A stretch of 64,000 nt of DNA, taken from contig CAVZYA010000003.1 of the NCBI GenBank assembly GCA_963779415.1, forward strand, positions 256,001 through 320,000. Reading direction: 5' to 3'. Made by a program: the position numbers and the translations under genes. The first letter of the stretch is position 1. Each line of letters begins with the position of its first letter. The notes below the pieces were generated by a model. It was not told the origin of the DNA, searched no databases, and saw only the letters and a list, made by a program, of their open reading frames with translations. The stretch is from an uncultured Acidobacteriota bacterium (GTDB lineage Bacteria > Acidobacteriota > Thermoanaerobaculia > UBA5066). Shown here piece by piece: positions 54,538-64,000 of this stretch.

Positions 54538-54547
54538 TTCGCGCCCC

Positions 54548-57500
54548 ATGGGAGAGGGCCGAGAGCGCACGCCGGGTCCGCCATCGCGCGACTGGATCGG
54601 GCCGGAGAACACGCGGATCTACCTTTCCCCCGGCGCGCGAAAAGAGAGGCTCCAAAAGCGGAGCTTCGCGCCGGCAGTGGCCCGGGGGCCGCGGTACGCC
54701 GAGTTGCGGTGCGCGTCGGCCTTCTCGTTCCTGAACGGCTCGTCGCTCCCCGAGGACCTCGTCGAGCGGGGGGCGGCGCTCGGCCTCCCTGCCGTCGCCC
54801 TCGTCGACGCGGGCGGCGTCTCGGGCGCTCCGCGCTTCTGGAAGGCCGCGAAGGCGGCGGGGCTCAAGGCGCTGGTGGGGGCGGAGGTCACGCTCGACGA
54901 GGAATGGCTGCACAAACCGCAAGGGCCTGCAAAGAGGACCATTTCTTCGAAGGTAAGAGAAGAAGAGCAGAAGACGCCCGGCTCTCCTTCATTCGAAGCA
55001 CGGCGCGGCGAAGCCGCGCTCCCCCAGCGGCGCTTCGCGCCGCTGCAAGACTCTCGTCTTTCCGGCCCTCTGGGTCTGGTCCCTCCCCCACCACCGCCCG
55101 GCACGCCCCCCGCGAGGCTGACACTCCTCGCGGAGAGCCGGACGGGTTATCGGAACCTCTGCAAGCTCATCTCGGCAGGCGCGCTGGGGAAGCCGAAGGG
55201 AGAGGGCTTCGTCACGTGGGAGGAGGTGGCCGCGCACGCGGAGGGGCTGCACGTCCTGACCGGGGGCGAAGAGAGCCCGGTCCACCGTGCGCTCGCCTCG
55301 CGTGGCCCTTCCGGCGCGCGGCGGCTCCTCGCGAAGCTCGCCGGGCTCTTCCCGGGCCGCCTCCACGTCGAGCTTCAGCGCCACGGCCTCCGCGAGGAGG
55401 AGCACGCCAGCCGCGCGCTCGTCGACCTCGCGAGCGCCCTCCGGCTCCCCCTCCTCGCCACGAACGGCGTCCGCTACGCGAAGCCGGAGGGGAAGGAGCT
55501 TCACGACGCTCTCGCCTGCCTCCGCTTCCGCACGACACTCGACGGCGCGGGAGCCCGCCTTCACGCCCACCGCGAGCGGCACCTGAAGGACGCGGCGGAG
55601 ATGGCGCGCCTCTTCCCGGATCTCCCCGAGGCGCTCGGACACGCCGCCGATCTCGCGGAGCGGCTCGACTTCACGCTCGCCGACCTCGGCTACCGTTTTC
55701 CCGACTACCCGCTCCCGCCGGGCGAGAGCCCCGCCTCGTACCTCCGCCACGTGACGTGGGAAGGGGCGCGCGCCCGCTTCCGGCCGCTCACGGGGCGGGC
55801 GCAGGCGCAGATCGGAAAGGAGCTCGACCTCATCGAGAAGCTCGACCTCGCGGGCTACTTCCTGATCGTCTGGGACATCGTCCGGTTCTGCCAGCGGGAG
55901 AAGATCCTCGTCCAGGGGCGCGGCTCGGCCGCCAACAGCGCCGTCTGCTACGCCCTCTCCATCACCGCCGTCGACCCGGTGAAGATGGACCTTCTCTTCG
56001 AGCGCTTCCTTTCCGAGGAGCGGGGAGAGTGGCCCGACATCGACCTCGACCTCCCGTCGGGCGACCAGCGGGAGAAGGTGATCCAGTACGTCTACGGCCG
56101 GTACGGCCCGCACGGCGCCGGGATGACGGCGAACGTCATCACCTACCGCGACCGGTCGGCCGCGCGCGAGATGGCGAAGGTTCTGGGCTTTTCGGGTGAC
56201 CAGATCGACACGCTGGCGAAGGTCCTGGGCAGCTGGAGCTTCGGTGAGTATCGGGAGCCGAATCGTGACGTACTCAAGGAACTAGAGGGGGTCGGCTTCG
56301 ACCCTGACGACCCGCGCGTCGGTCACTTCGCGCGCCTCTTCGTCTCGGTCCAGAACCTGCCGCGCCATCTCGGCCAGCACTCGGGAGGGATCGTCATCGC
56401 GCAGGGGCGCCTCGACGAGGTCGTTCCGCTCGAGCCCGCGGCGATGGAGGGGCGCGTCGTCATCCAGTGGGACAAGGACGACTGCGCCGACCTCGGCATC
56501 GTGAAGGTGGACCTCCTCGGCCTCGGGATGCTCAGCGCGATCGAGCGGATGATCCCGATGATCCGGACGCACGAGGGGGTCGACGTCGACCTCGCGCACC
56601 TTCCGCCCGACGACCCGGCCGTCTACCGGATGCTGAACGAGGCCGACACGGTCGGCGTCTTCCAGGTGGAGAGTCGGGCGCAGATGGCCTCCCTTCCCCG
56701 GAACGCGCCGTTCTGCTTCTACGACCTCGTCATCCAGGTCGCCATCATCCGCCCCGGCCCGATCGTCGGCGGGATGGTCCACCCCTTCTTCGACCGGCGG
56801 CAGGGGCGCGCGCCGGTCGTCTACCCGCACCCCTCGCTCGAGCCGATTCTCAAGAGAACATTGGGCGTCCCGCTCTTTCAGGAGCAGCTCCTCCGGATCG
56901 CCATGGTGGCGGCAGGTTTCACGGGCGGCGAGGCCGAGGAGCTGCGCCGCGCCATGGGCTTCAAGCGGTCGGCCGAGCGGATGGCCTCGATCGAGAAGCG
57001 ACTTCGCGACGGGATGGCGGCACGCGGCATCACGGGGGAGGCGCAGGAGCAGATCGTGAAGTCGATCACCTCCTTCGCCCTCTACGGCTTCCCCGAGTCG
57101 CACGCGGCCAGCTTCGCCCTCATCGCCTACGCGAGCGCGTGGCTCCGGGCGCACCACCCGGCCGCCTTCCTCGTGGGACTCCTGAACGCCTGGCCGATGG
57201 GCTTCTACCACCCCGCCACGCTCGTGAAGGACGCCGAGCGCCACGGCGTCACGGTGCTGCCCATCGATGTCGGCCTCTCGGGCTGGGAATGTCGGTTGGA
57301 GAGAAGACCGGAGATTTCTTCGAAGGGGGACCGGGAGGGCCCACATCTCGCCGTGCGCCTCGGACTCCGATTCCTCAAAGGTCTCTCGGAGAAGGCGGGG
57401 AAGGCCATCGAAAGCGAGCAGGTGAAAGAAGCCTTCCACGACGTCGCCGACCTCGCGCGCCGGTGCGCGCTGCGGCCCGACGAAATGGACCGTCTCGCGT

Positions 57501-58048
57501 GGGCCGGGGCGCTTTCGTCGCTCGGCCTCTCGCGCCGCGAGGCGATGTGGCAGGTGGCGGAGGTCGGCCGGCTCACCGGGCCGCTCTACGAGTCGCTCCC
57601 CCCTTCTTCGTCGACTCCGACGCCGCTCCCGCCGATGTCGGCCCTCGCCGAGACCGAAGCCGACTACGACGCGACCGGGATGACGGCCGGTCCGCACCTT
57701 CTTTCGTACCTGCGCGACCGGCTCCGGAAAGACGGGGTTCTTTCCGCCGCCGAGCTCGCGGCGCGCCGGAACGGCGACCGCGTCCGGGCGGCGGGGGCCG
57801 TCATCGTGCGGCAGCGCCCCGGGACGGCGAAAGGATTCGTCTTCCTCTCGCTCGAGGACGAGAGCGGCATCGTCCAGGCGATCGTCCGCCCCGACCTCTT
57901 CAGGGAAAATCGTTCGCTCATCGTCGGCACCCCCGGCCTCGTCGTCGAGGGGAAGCTCCAGACGACCGACGGGACCCTTTCCGTCCGCGCCGACCGCTTC
58001 TGGCCGCTCCCCTCCCTCCCCGACCTCCCGAGCCACGACTTCCGATGA
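54548..58048 (+). CDS. dnaE2: Error-prone DNA polymerase DnaE2
   Basis: GRGSAANS, PDIDLD, IQWDKDD, GFPESH, RQRPGTAKG, C-terminal SHDFR. Confidence 0.95.
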   Translation: MGEGRERTPGPPSRDWIGPENTRIYLSPGARKERLQKRSFAPAVARGPRYAELRCASAFSFLNGSSLPEDLVERGAALGLPAVALVDAGGVSGAPRFWKAAKAAGLKALVGAEVTLDEEWLHKPQGPAKRTISSKVREEEQKTPGSPSFEARRGEAALPQRRFAPLQDSRLSGPLGLVPPPPPPGTPPARLTLLAESRTGYRNLCKLISAGALGKPKGEGFVTWEEVAAHAEGLHVLTGGEESPVHRALASRGPSGARRLLAKLAGLFPGRLHVELQRHGLREEEHASRALVDLASALRLPLLATNGVRYAKPEGKELHDALACLRFRTTLDGAGARLHAHRERHLKDAAEMARLFPDLPEALGHAADLAERLDFTLADLGYRFPDYPLPPGESPASYLRHVTWEGARARFRPLTGRAQAQIGKELDLIEKLDLAGYFLIVWDIVRFCQREKILVQGRGSAANSAVCYALSITAVDPVKMDLLFERFLSEERGEWPDIDLDLPSGDQREKVIQYVYGRYGPHGAGMTANVITYRDRSAAREMAKVLGFSGDQIDTLAKVLGSWSFGEYREPNRDVLKELEGVGFDPDDPRVGHFARLFVSVQNLPRHLGQHSGGIVIAQGRLDEVVPLEPAAMEGRVVIQWDKDDCADLGIVKVDLLGLGMLSAIERMIPMIRTHEGVDVDLAHLPPDDPAVYRMLNEADTVGVFQVESRAQMASLPRNAPFCFYDLVIQVAIIRPGPIVGGMVHPFFDRRQGRAPVVYPHPSLEPILKRTLGVPLFQEQLLRIAMVAAGFTGGEAEELRRAMGFKRSAERMASIEKRLRDGMAARGITGEAQEQIVKSITSFALYGFPESHAASFALIAYASAWLRAHHPAAFLVGLLNAWPMGFYHPATLVKDAERHGVTVLPIDVGLSGWECRLERRPEISSKGDREGPHLAVRLGLRFLKGLSEKAGKAIESEQVKEAFHDVADLARRCALRPDEMDRLAWAGALSSLGLSRREAMWQVAEVGRLTGPLYESLPPSSSTPTPLPPMSALAETEADYDATGMTAGPHLLSYLRDRLRKDGVLSAAELAARRNGDRVRAAGAVIVRQRPGTAKGFVFLSLEDESGIVQAIVRPDLFRENRSLIVGTPGLVVEGKLQTTDGTLSVRADRFWPLPSLPDLPSHDFR

Positions 58049-58115
58049 GGGCTCCAGCCGGACTTGCCCCTTGCGCCCCGCCCGGTGACGTTACAGCCCA
58101 CGGAAGGAGCTGAAT

Positions 58116-58469
58116 TCAGCCCTCATCGAGGTCTTCCTTCAGGAGCGCTGCCAGAGCCGGCTCGACCTGCGGGAGGTCTTCGACAGCCGTCCTCCAGACG
58201 AGTCGGAGATCAACGCCGAAGTACTCGTGGGAAAGCACGTTTCTCATGTCCGCCATGTCCAGCCAGGGAATCGCAGGATGTCGGTCGCGCACATCGGAGG
58301 GCACGTGGCGTGCCGCCTCGCCGATCACTTCGAGGTTTCTGAGAATGGCGTCGACGGTCCGCCGATCGTGACGGAAGGAAGCCTCATCGAGTCCGGCGAC
58401 GTAGCCTCGAATCGTCCTGATACCTTCGAGGATGTCCTCGATACGCAGCCGCCACGACCTACGCGGCAC
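58116..58469 (-). CDS. HepT-like HEPN (DUF86) RNase toxin
   Basis: IGEA, RNVLSHEY (RX4HXY). Confidence 0.9.
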   Translation of the reverse strand: MPRRSWRLRIEDILEGIRTIRGYVAGLDEASFRHDRRTVDAILRNLEVIGEAARHVPSDVRDRHPAIPWLDMADMRNVLSHEYFGVDLRLVWRTAVEDLPQVEPALAALLKEDLDEG

Positions 58470-58752
58470 GAACGGCGTCTCGGAGAACTGCTTCCCGCAT
58501 GGCCGGCCTTAGGGCCTCCGGTGTGACGAGGTCCACGCGTCGGCCCAGGGCGCCCTCAAGGCGGCGCCGGACCCGAACGAAGTCGAAGAGCCCCGCGGGT
58601 CGCCCGAACTCGACCAGAACGTCCACGTCGCTGTCGGGCCGATCCTCGCCCCGGGCGGCCGACCCGAAGAGAGCCAGTGACGACACGCCAAAGCGCTCCA
58701 GCTCCGGCCGGACCGATCTCAACGTTTCGAGGATCTTCGCACGCGCCGTCAT
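58459..58752 (-). CDS. MntA-like minimal nucleotidyltransferase antitoxin
   Basis: GSAARGEDRPDSDVD (GSX10DXD), VDLVT. Confidence 0.9.
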   Translation of the reverse strand: MTARAKILETLRSVRPELERFGVSSLALFGSAARGEDRPDSDVDVLVEFGRPAGLFDFVRVRRRLEGALGRRVDLVTPEALRPAMREAVLRDAVRAA

Positions 58753-58895
58753 GGCCAACAGTATGCCACCCACCCGACCACGGCGGGGCGAGGGAGGAGC
58801 CTCTTGCTCTACCGTCTTCCGCTCCTACGGCGCGAAGAACTCCTGAAGGGTCGCAAGGAGCCGGTAACGGGTTCCCGGAGGCAGAATGTGGAAGG

Positions 58896-60901
58896 TCAAC
58901 GGGTCCCGCGTGCCGCTTCAGTGAGGAGCGCCGTCGCTTTGTCGAGGGCCTGTTCGAGCGCGACGGTCGTCGCCTCGATCCGCGCGGCGTCTCCGCTCCG
59001 AAGAGCGCGGGCGAGGCCGGGAAGCGCTTCGGCCGCGCAGCCGTTCGTCTCAGAAGGACCGACGAGGAGGCCCGCGTCGGCAAATGGCGCGCCGCTCCTC
59101 TCGAAGGAGGCTCGCGCCGCGAGGAGCGCCTTCTCGACAATCGCTCCACGAGAATCCGTCCCCTTCGATCGCCACGCCCCCGAGGCCTCGAGCGCCCCGG
59201 CCGCGATGCCGAGGCGCCGCGCCGCTTCCGACACCCGCTTCCTCTCCGGAGAGTCGCCGAAGGAACGATTCTCCTTCGCGAGTTCCGCGAGGCTTTCGTC
59301 GATCCACGAAGCCACTTCCGTGAACCGCAGAGGGAAAACCGGCGCCTCGGCGAGACGCGACACGTAGAGCGCGAGGATCTTCGAGAGGAGCGCCGTGTAC
59401 CGGAAGCCCGGGTCGACGAGCCGGCCGTAAAGGTCCATTCCGTCGTAGACCGAGTGATAGAGCGGGTAGGTCCTCCGTCCGAACCCGACCTCGGCGCACG
59501 AGACCCCGGCGAGCCCCTGGAAGGGCGACGTGTCACCGGAAAACCCGGGGAGCCCGATCCGGGCGCGGATCTCGAAGAGCGACTTCTCCGTCAGCGGATC
59601 CCGGACGAGGGGGAGGATCTCCTCGAGGGGACCGCGAAGACCGGGCGCCACGTCGGCCCCGAAGTCGAGGGCGCGGACGGCGGAATCGACGAAGACGAAG
59701 GCCCCCGCTCCGGCAAGAGAAGGGAGCCGTCGCGTGACCCATGCCGTGGAGCCCAGCATCCCGTACTCCTCGCCGTCGAAGAAGGCGAAGACGACGTCGC
59801 GCCGGAGCCGGAGGCCCCGACCCACGAGACGGGAGAGAGCATCGGCCGTCTCCAGGACCGCCGCCGCACCCGAGACCGGGTCCGTGGCGCCGTAGACCCA
59901 CGCGTCCACATGGGTGCCGACGAGGACGGGCGCGGCCTCGGGCCGGCTGCTCCGGAGCGTCGCCGTCACGTTCCGCAGAATCCGCCTCTCCCACTTCTGA
60001 CGCGAGACGAGGCGGACGGTCGCGGGTCCGGGACCGAGCCGGTAGGGAACGGGGAATGCTCCCCTCGCGTCCTCGGAAGCCTCCGGACCGCCGATCCGGC
60101 GAAGGAGCTCCTCCGCTACGGCGGCGGAGATCGGGAGCGCCGGGACTTTCGGAAGCGTCGAGACACCGTGCGAGAGCGCCGCCTCCGGATCGCCCGGATA
60201 GAGGAAGTAGCCGAGCATCGAGCCGCGCTGGACGGTCCAGGGGTTCGCGTGCGTCCCCTCGGGATAGGGCGGCCTGCGAAAGCCCTGGTCCTTCAGGTCG
60301 GGGTAGAGGAGGAGGCCGGCGACTCCTTCCTCGGCCGCGAGGAGAGCCTTCATGCCGCGGCAGATCCCTTGCGCACGGAGCAGGACGATCTTCCCCGCCG
60401 GCGAGATCCCCTCCTTCTTCAGGCTGGCGTAGTCCTCGCGCGTTCCGAAGTTCCCGAAGACGACCGGGGCCGTGACGTCCGCGTCCGGCGCGAAGGCGAA
60501 GAACGGAATCTCCGAATCCGCCGCGGCCGCGAACGCCGTCCCGGAGAGAGGCTTCTCCCGAAGGTCGAAAGACAGCATGTCGGGCGCGACGAGCGTCAGC
60601 GAGGACTCGAGGGGCTCCGGAAGGCTCACCGGCTGCTCTTCGACCTGGACGTCGAGGCCGAGTGTACGAAGCCGCTCCGCGACGGCGTCGAGCGCCCGTC
60701 CGTTCGCGGGCGTTCCCGCCCGATGAGGCTCGCGGGCCAGTTCGGTCATCGCGCGGCCGATGCGCCCGGGATCCACGAGGCCGTCGAGGCCCCGAAGGCG
60801 CCGGGCGAGGGGATCCGACGGGCGAAGGCCCCACCACGCCGCCCCGGCGACGGCGAGGAACGCCACGAGAGCGAGCGCCCGGCGCGAGCCTCCCCCCTCA
60901 C
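58896..60901 (-). CDS. M28 peptidase, glutamate carboxypeptidase II-like, with PA domain
   Basis: HVDAW, ATD, GEEYG, VD, YHSVYD; the GTG at 60901 needs one more G in the G6 run to be in frame. Confidence 0.85.
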
Positions 60902-62250
60902 GGCCGGGCCGCGCGGGGAGGACGCACCGGCCGACCGGGACCGAAGGCGATCCAGTCGGCGGCGCGGAGGAGCTCCCGCGCCTGCGCGAGAGCGCGCGTC
61001 CGCTCCGAGGCCTCTTCGCGGATGGCGTCGAAATCCCGGTCGAGAAGGGCCCGGGCGAGGCTGGCGTGAGGTGCCGCGAGGCACTCGTTCCCGGGCTCCG
61101 GTCCGACGAGCAGCGACCCGCGGCCGAAACGGTTCGCCGATCCGGCGGCCGAATGCGCAAAGACGTCCATCGCCCGCTCGAGAAGGCGATTCGCCGCCTG
61201 CGCCTTCTGACGCGAGAGGCGTCGGAGCCGCGGTGCCCTCGCGTCCCAACGGCGCGCCGCCTCCTCGAAGCCGTCCAGTGCGTCCTGGAGGCTCTTGAGC
61301 GAAGAGACCCAGTCGTTCGACGAAGTCGCGCGCGCCTCGAGGTTCCGAAGCGTCGCCCGGAAGTCTTCCGCGATCTCCATGAACCGATACGGGAGGACCC
61401 GGTCCGTCGCGAGCATCCCCGCGAAGAGAACGAGAACGCGGGCGAGAAGGGGTGGGGCGGCGGAGCCCATCTGCACGACGGGGACCGTCGTTCGGGCCAT
61501 GAACGGTCCGGCGTCCCCGCCGAACCTGGGGAGAGAGAACGCCACCTTCCCTCCGGCGACCGGCTTATCCGCCATCGAACCGGGAACCGCACCCAGCACC
61601 GCCCCGATGACATTGCGGAGACTGGGGGTGGTCCTCGGGAGGATCTTCTTTCCCTCCGTGGCGGGCCCGACATCGACGTAGGCCATCGGGAGAGGAGTGC
61701 GGTCCCGGAGCGCCTGCTCGACGAAGGCTTCCGACCCGGGGAAACCGGACGCTCCGTCGTCCCAGAAGGCGAACAGGACGCTCCGTTCGGGCTTCCACCC
61801 GCTCGACCCGATCGCCGCGAGAACCTCGGCCGTTTCGAGCAGGACGGCCGTCGCCGAAGCGGAGTCCGCCGAGTCCGGCCCGGAAGCGTCGTAGTGCGTC
61901 CCGACAAGGACCGGCCGGGCGTCGGAGCCGCGCCCCGGGAGGAGCGCGAAGAGATTCCGAAGCGGGCGACGAACGGTCTCCGCCTCGAACACCGCATCCC
62001 AGGTCTTCAGACCGATTCTCGAGAGGCGTTCTTCCACGAGCTTCGCGCCGGCGGCGCCCGCCGCGGTGCCGTCCGAAGGCGGGGGGGCAGAGAGCCTCCC
62101 CGTCTGGCGGTCGATCCGGGAGGCATCCACGAGACGCGTCACGCGCGCCCCCTCCCGCTCGACGAATCCCGCGCGAGCGCGAGCCGACCAGATCTCGGCC
62201 GCGAGAGCGGCAAGAACCGCCGCCGCGACGAGGGCGATACGGAGTCTCAT
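60898..62250 (-). CDS. M28-family paralogue, probably catalytically inactive
   Basis: VGTHYDA and LFAFWD present; EE motif, distal His and PA domain missing. Confidence 0.75.
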   Translation of the reverse strand: MRLRIALVAAAVLAALAAEIWSARARAGFVEREGARVTRLVDASRIDRQTGRLSAPPPSDGTAAGAAGAKLVEERLSRIGLKTWDAVFEAETVRRPLRNLFALLPGRGSDARPVLVGTHYDASGPDSADSASATAVLLETAEVLAAIGSSGWKPERSVLFAFWDDGASGFPGSEAFVEQALRDRTPLPMAYVDVGPATEGKKILPRTTPSLRNVIGAVLGAVPGSMADKPVAGGKVAFSLPRFGGDAGPFMARTTVPVVQMGSAAPPLLARVLVLFAGMLATDRVLPYRFMEIAEDFRATLRNLEARATSSNDWVSSLKSLQDALDGFEEAARRWDARAPRLRRLSRQKAQAANRLLERAMDVFAHSAAGSANRFGRGSLLVGPEPGNECLAAPHASLARALLDRDFDAIREEASERTRALAQARELLRAADWIAFGPGRPVRPPRAARP

Positions 62251-62266
62251 ACGGTCCCCACTCGGA

Positions 62267-63853
62267 TCACTCGATGTTAGCAGCCGTTCCCGGCGAGGAC
62301 GGCGGACGGAGGACCGAGAGAACGTAGAGGACGTAGAACGGAAGGAGGTGGATCGTCATCCTCCCGAGCCCGACCCGGATGAAGTTCCGGTAGCAGAGGC
62401 GGTAGTCGGTCAGCTCGTAGGGCTGGACGGCCGCCACGGGATCCGAGAGGAATGGGAAGAGGGCGAAGCACGCGACGACCGCCGCGAGGCTGGCGAGCGT
62501 CACGAGCCCGTAGAGGCGTTTCTCTCCCTCCGCGCCGCGTCCGGCGGCTCTCTCGCGAAACCCGATGAGGAGGTCCACGGCCGCGGCGGCCACGACGGCA
62601 TAGAGCGTCGCCCCGAGCCCCTTGTGGGAGAGCCACTGCCCCTGCCACGAGGAGGCGAACTCCGAAAGAACGACGCCCGCCGCGGCTAGCGGCGTCGGGG
62701 CAAGGCTCCGCCATCCGTCCGAGGCCTGCGAGAGGAGTCCCGGCGCCTTCAGGAAGCCGGGCCGAAGGAGCCACGTCGCCCAGACCGCCGAGGCGACCAC
62801 GAACGGTCCCACGGGGAGGCGCGGCCCTCCGAGAAGACGGGCGATGACGAGCGCCGCCGCAGCAGCACCGAGGTAGTAGAGCCCGTCCGGCCGGACGAGG
62901 ACCGCGGCCGCCAGACAGAGCGTCCCGGCGACGAGCTCTCCCCGGCTCGGGCCTCCGTCCCGGTTTCCGGCACCCGGAAGACCGAGCACGAGGAGCAGTC
63001 CCGCCGAGAGAAACGCCATGAGCGGTGCGTTCGCGTAATACATCGCCGTTCCCTGCCAGACGTGGACGACGGAAAGGAGGAAGGCAAGGGCGATCGCCGC
63101 GGCCGACGGCACTACCCGTGCAAACCGGTCGCGCGCAAAGAGAGCGAAAAAAAAGAGTAGCAGCGTCGCGACGAGCCGCCCTTCGAAAAGAGGGTCTCCC
63201 TCTCCCAGCCCGAGGAGGATCGAGAAGAGCGGCGGGTACTCCGGATGGTCGCAGGGAAGGAGCGCGCCGAAAAATCCCCGATCGGCGAACCCGGACGCCC
63301 GGCAGGCCCAGATCCGGACCGCATCGAAGTGGACGTACGGGAAGATCGTCGGAACGAGGAGCGAGAGGAGAACCAGGGCCGAGACTCCGTCGGCGAAGGA
63401 CGCTTTCGGAACGAGAAAAGGGGGAGGAGGGGCGGCATCGGAGCGCGGCCAGAACGCCGCCAGAAGGGCGGAGGCGGCGAGCGCGAGCCCGGCCGAAACG
63501 ACCACGAGCCATCCCGTCGCGAAGCCGGCGCCGTAGGCGACGAGGCCCATCCCGGCGAGGTTCGCGAGGCCGGCCGCGCCGAGCCGTCCCGAGAAGCTCC
63601 CCGAGCCGCCGCGCCGCGCCCAGAGCCACGCGGCGGCCACGAGACCCGCGACGAGGAGGACCGAGCTTCCGCGCGCTCCGGCGCCCGCGCTCCGGACGCG
63701 GGGGACGACGTCGAGGAGCTGCTCGAAGAAGAGCTTCTCCTGGGCCGCGAGAATGACGACCTGCACCGCGAGGGCGAAGAGGAGAAACCCCCGGAGGCGA
63801 GCCCGAAGCCGCCCCGCCCCGGACGCCTTCAGACCTTCTTCATCAGAAGGCAC
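62267..63853 (-). CDS. Multi-pass membrane protein, GT-C-like
   Basis: DAVRIW, HPEYPPL, RPDG, many TMs; start uncertain. Confidence 0.55.
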   Translation of the reverse strand: MPSDEEGLKASGAGRLRARLRGFLLFALAVQVVILAAQEKLFFEQLLDVVPRVRSAGAGARGSSVLLVAGLVAAAWLWARRGGSGSFSGRLGAAGLANLAGMGLVAYGAGFATGWLVVVSAGLALAASALLAAFWPRSDAAPPPPFLVPKASFADGVSALVLLSLLVPTIFPYVHFDAVRIWACRASGFADRGFFGALLPCDHPEYPPLFSILLGLGEGDPLFEGRLVATLLLFFFALFARDRFARVVPSAAAIALAFLLSVVHVWQGTAMYYANAPLMAFLSAGLLLVLGLPGAGNRDGGPSRGELVAGTLCLAAAVLVRPDGLYYLGAAAAALVIARLLGGPRLPVGPFVVASAVWATWLLRPGFLKAPGLLSQASDGWRSLAPTPLAAAGVVLSEFASSWQGQWLSHKGLGATLYAVVAAAAVDLLIGFRERAAGRGAEGEKRLYGLVTLASLAAVVACFALFPFLSDPVAAVQPYELTDYRLCYRNFIRVGLGRMTIHLLPFYVLYVLSVLRPPSSPGTAANIE

Positions 63854-63999
63854 GCGTTCGTGCCTCCGAAGCCGAACGAGTTCGAGAGGGCCACGTTCAC
63901 GGCCCGTTCGCGCGCGACGTTCGGCGTGTAGTCGAGGTCGCACCCGGGGCCGGGGGTGACGAGGTTGATCGTCGGCGGAATCACGCCGTGGCGGACGGA
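63829..63999 (-). CDS. fabF: Beta-ketoacyl-ACP synthase II, C-terminal end
   Basis: [17 protein letters not shown]. Confidence 0.9.
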   Translation of the reverse strand, partial: SVRHGVIPPTINLVTPGPGCDLDYTPNVARERAVNVALSNSFGFGGTNACLLMKKV

Positions 64000-64000
64000 G

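Overview
Very GC-rich bacterial chromosome segment; gene content and style suggest Acidobacteriota (Thermoanaerobaculia-like), which is an inference. It is mostly housekeeping: a cobB-radC-metG-LOG-tatD-zincin run, an M14 peptidase, an alpha-2-macroglobulin, a RapA-like SNF2 ATPase, a complete alternative complex III plus caa3 oxidase operon, glgP, argF-arcC, msrA, a macrodomain-tag pair, dnaE2, an MntA-HepT toxin-antitoxin pair, two M28 paralogues and the end of fabF. Several genes, including essential metG, carry small frameshifts that look like long-read errors. No rRNA, tRNA, CRISPR array, transposase or integrase gene was seen. Best leads: (i) an integrase-less integron-type cassette with an attI-like site and a triple repeat at 44.46-45.33 kb; (ii) a TTGGGGTCAG/GGGGACAG motif at two sites, each next to a local duplication and foreign-looking DNA; (iii) a degenerate-FHA serine protease plus pseudokinase/L7-L12-like pair; (iv) a direct-repeat operator candidate over the dnaE2 promoter and in-frame insertions in dnaE2; (v) an active plus inactive M28 pair; (vi) many apparently leaderless promoters. 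All calls come from reading the sequence; no searches were run.
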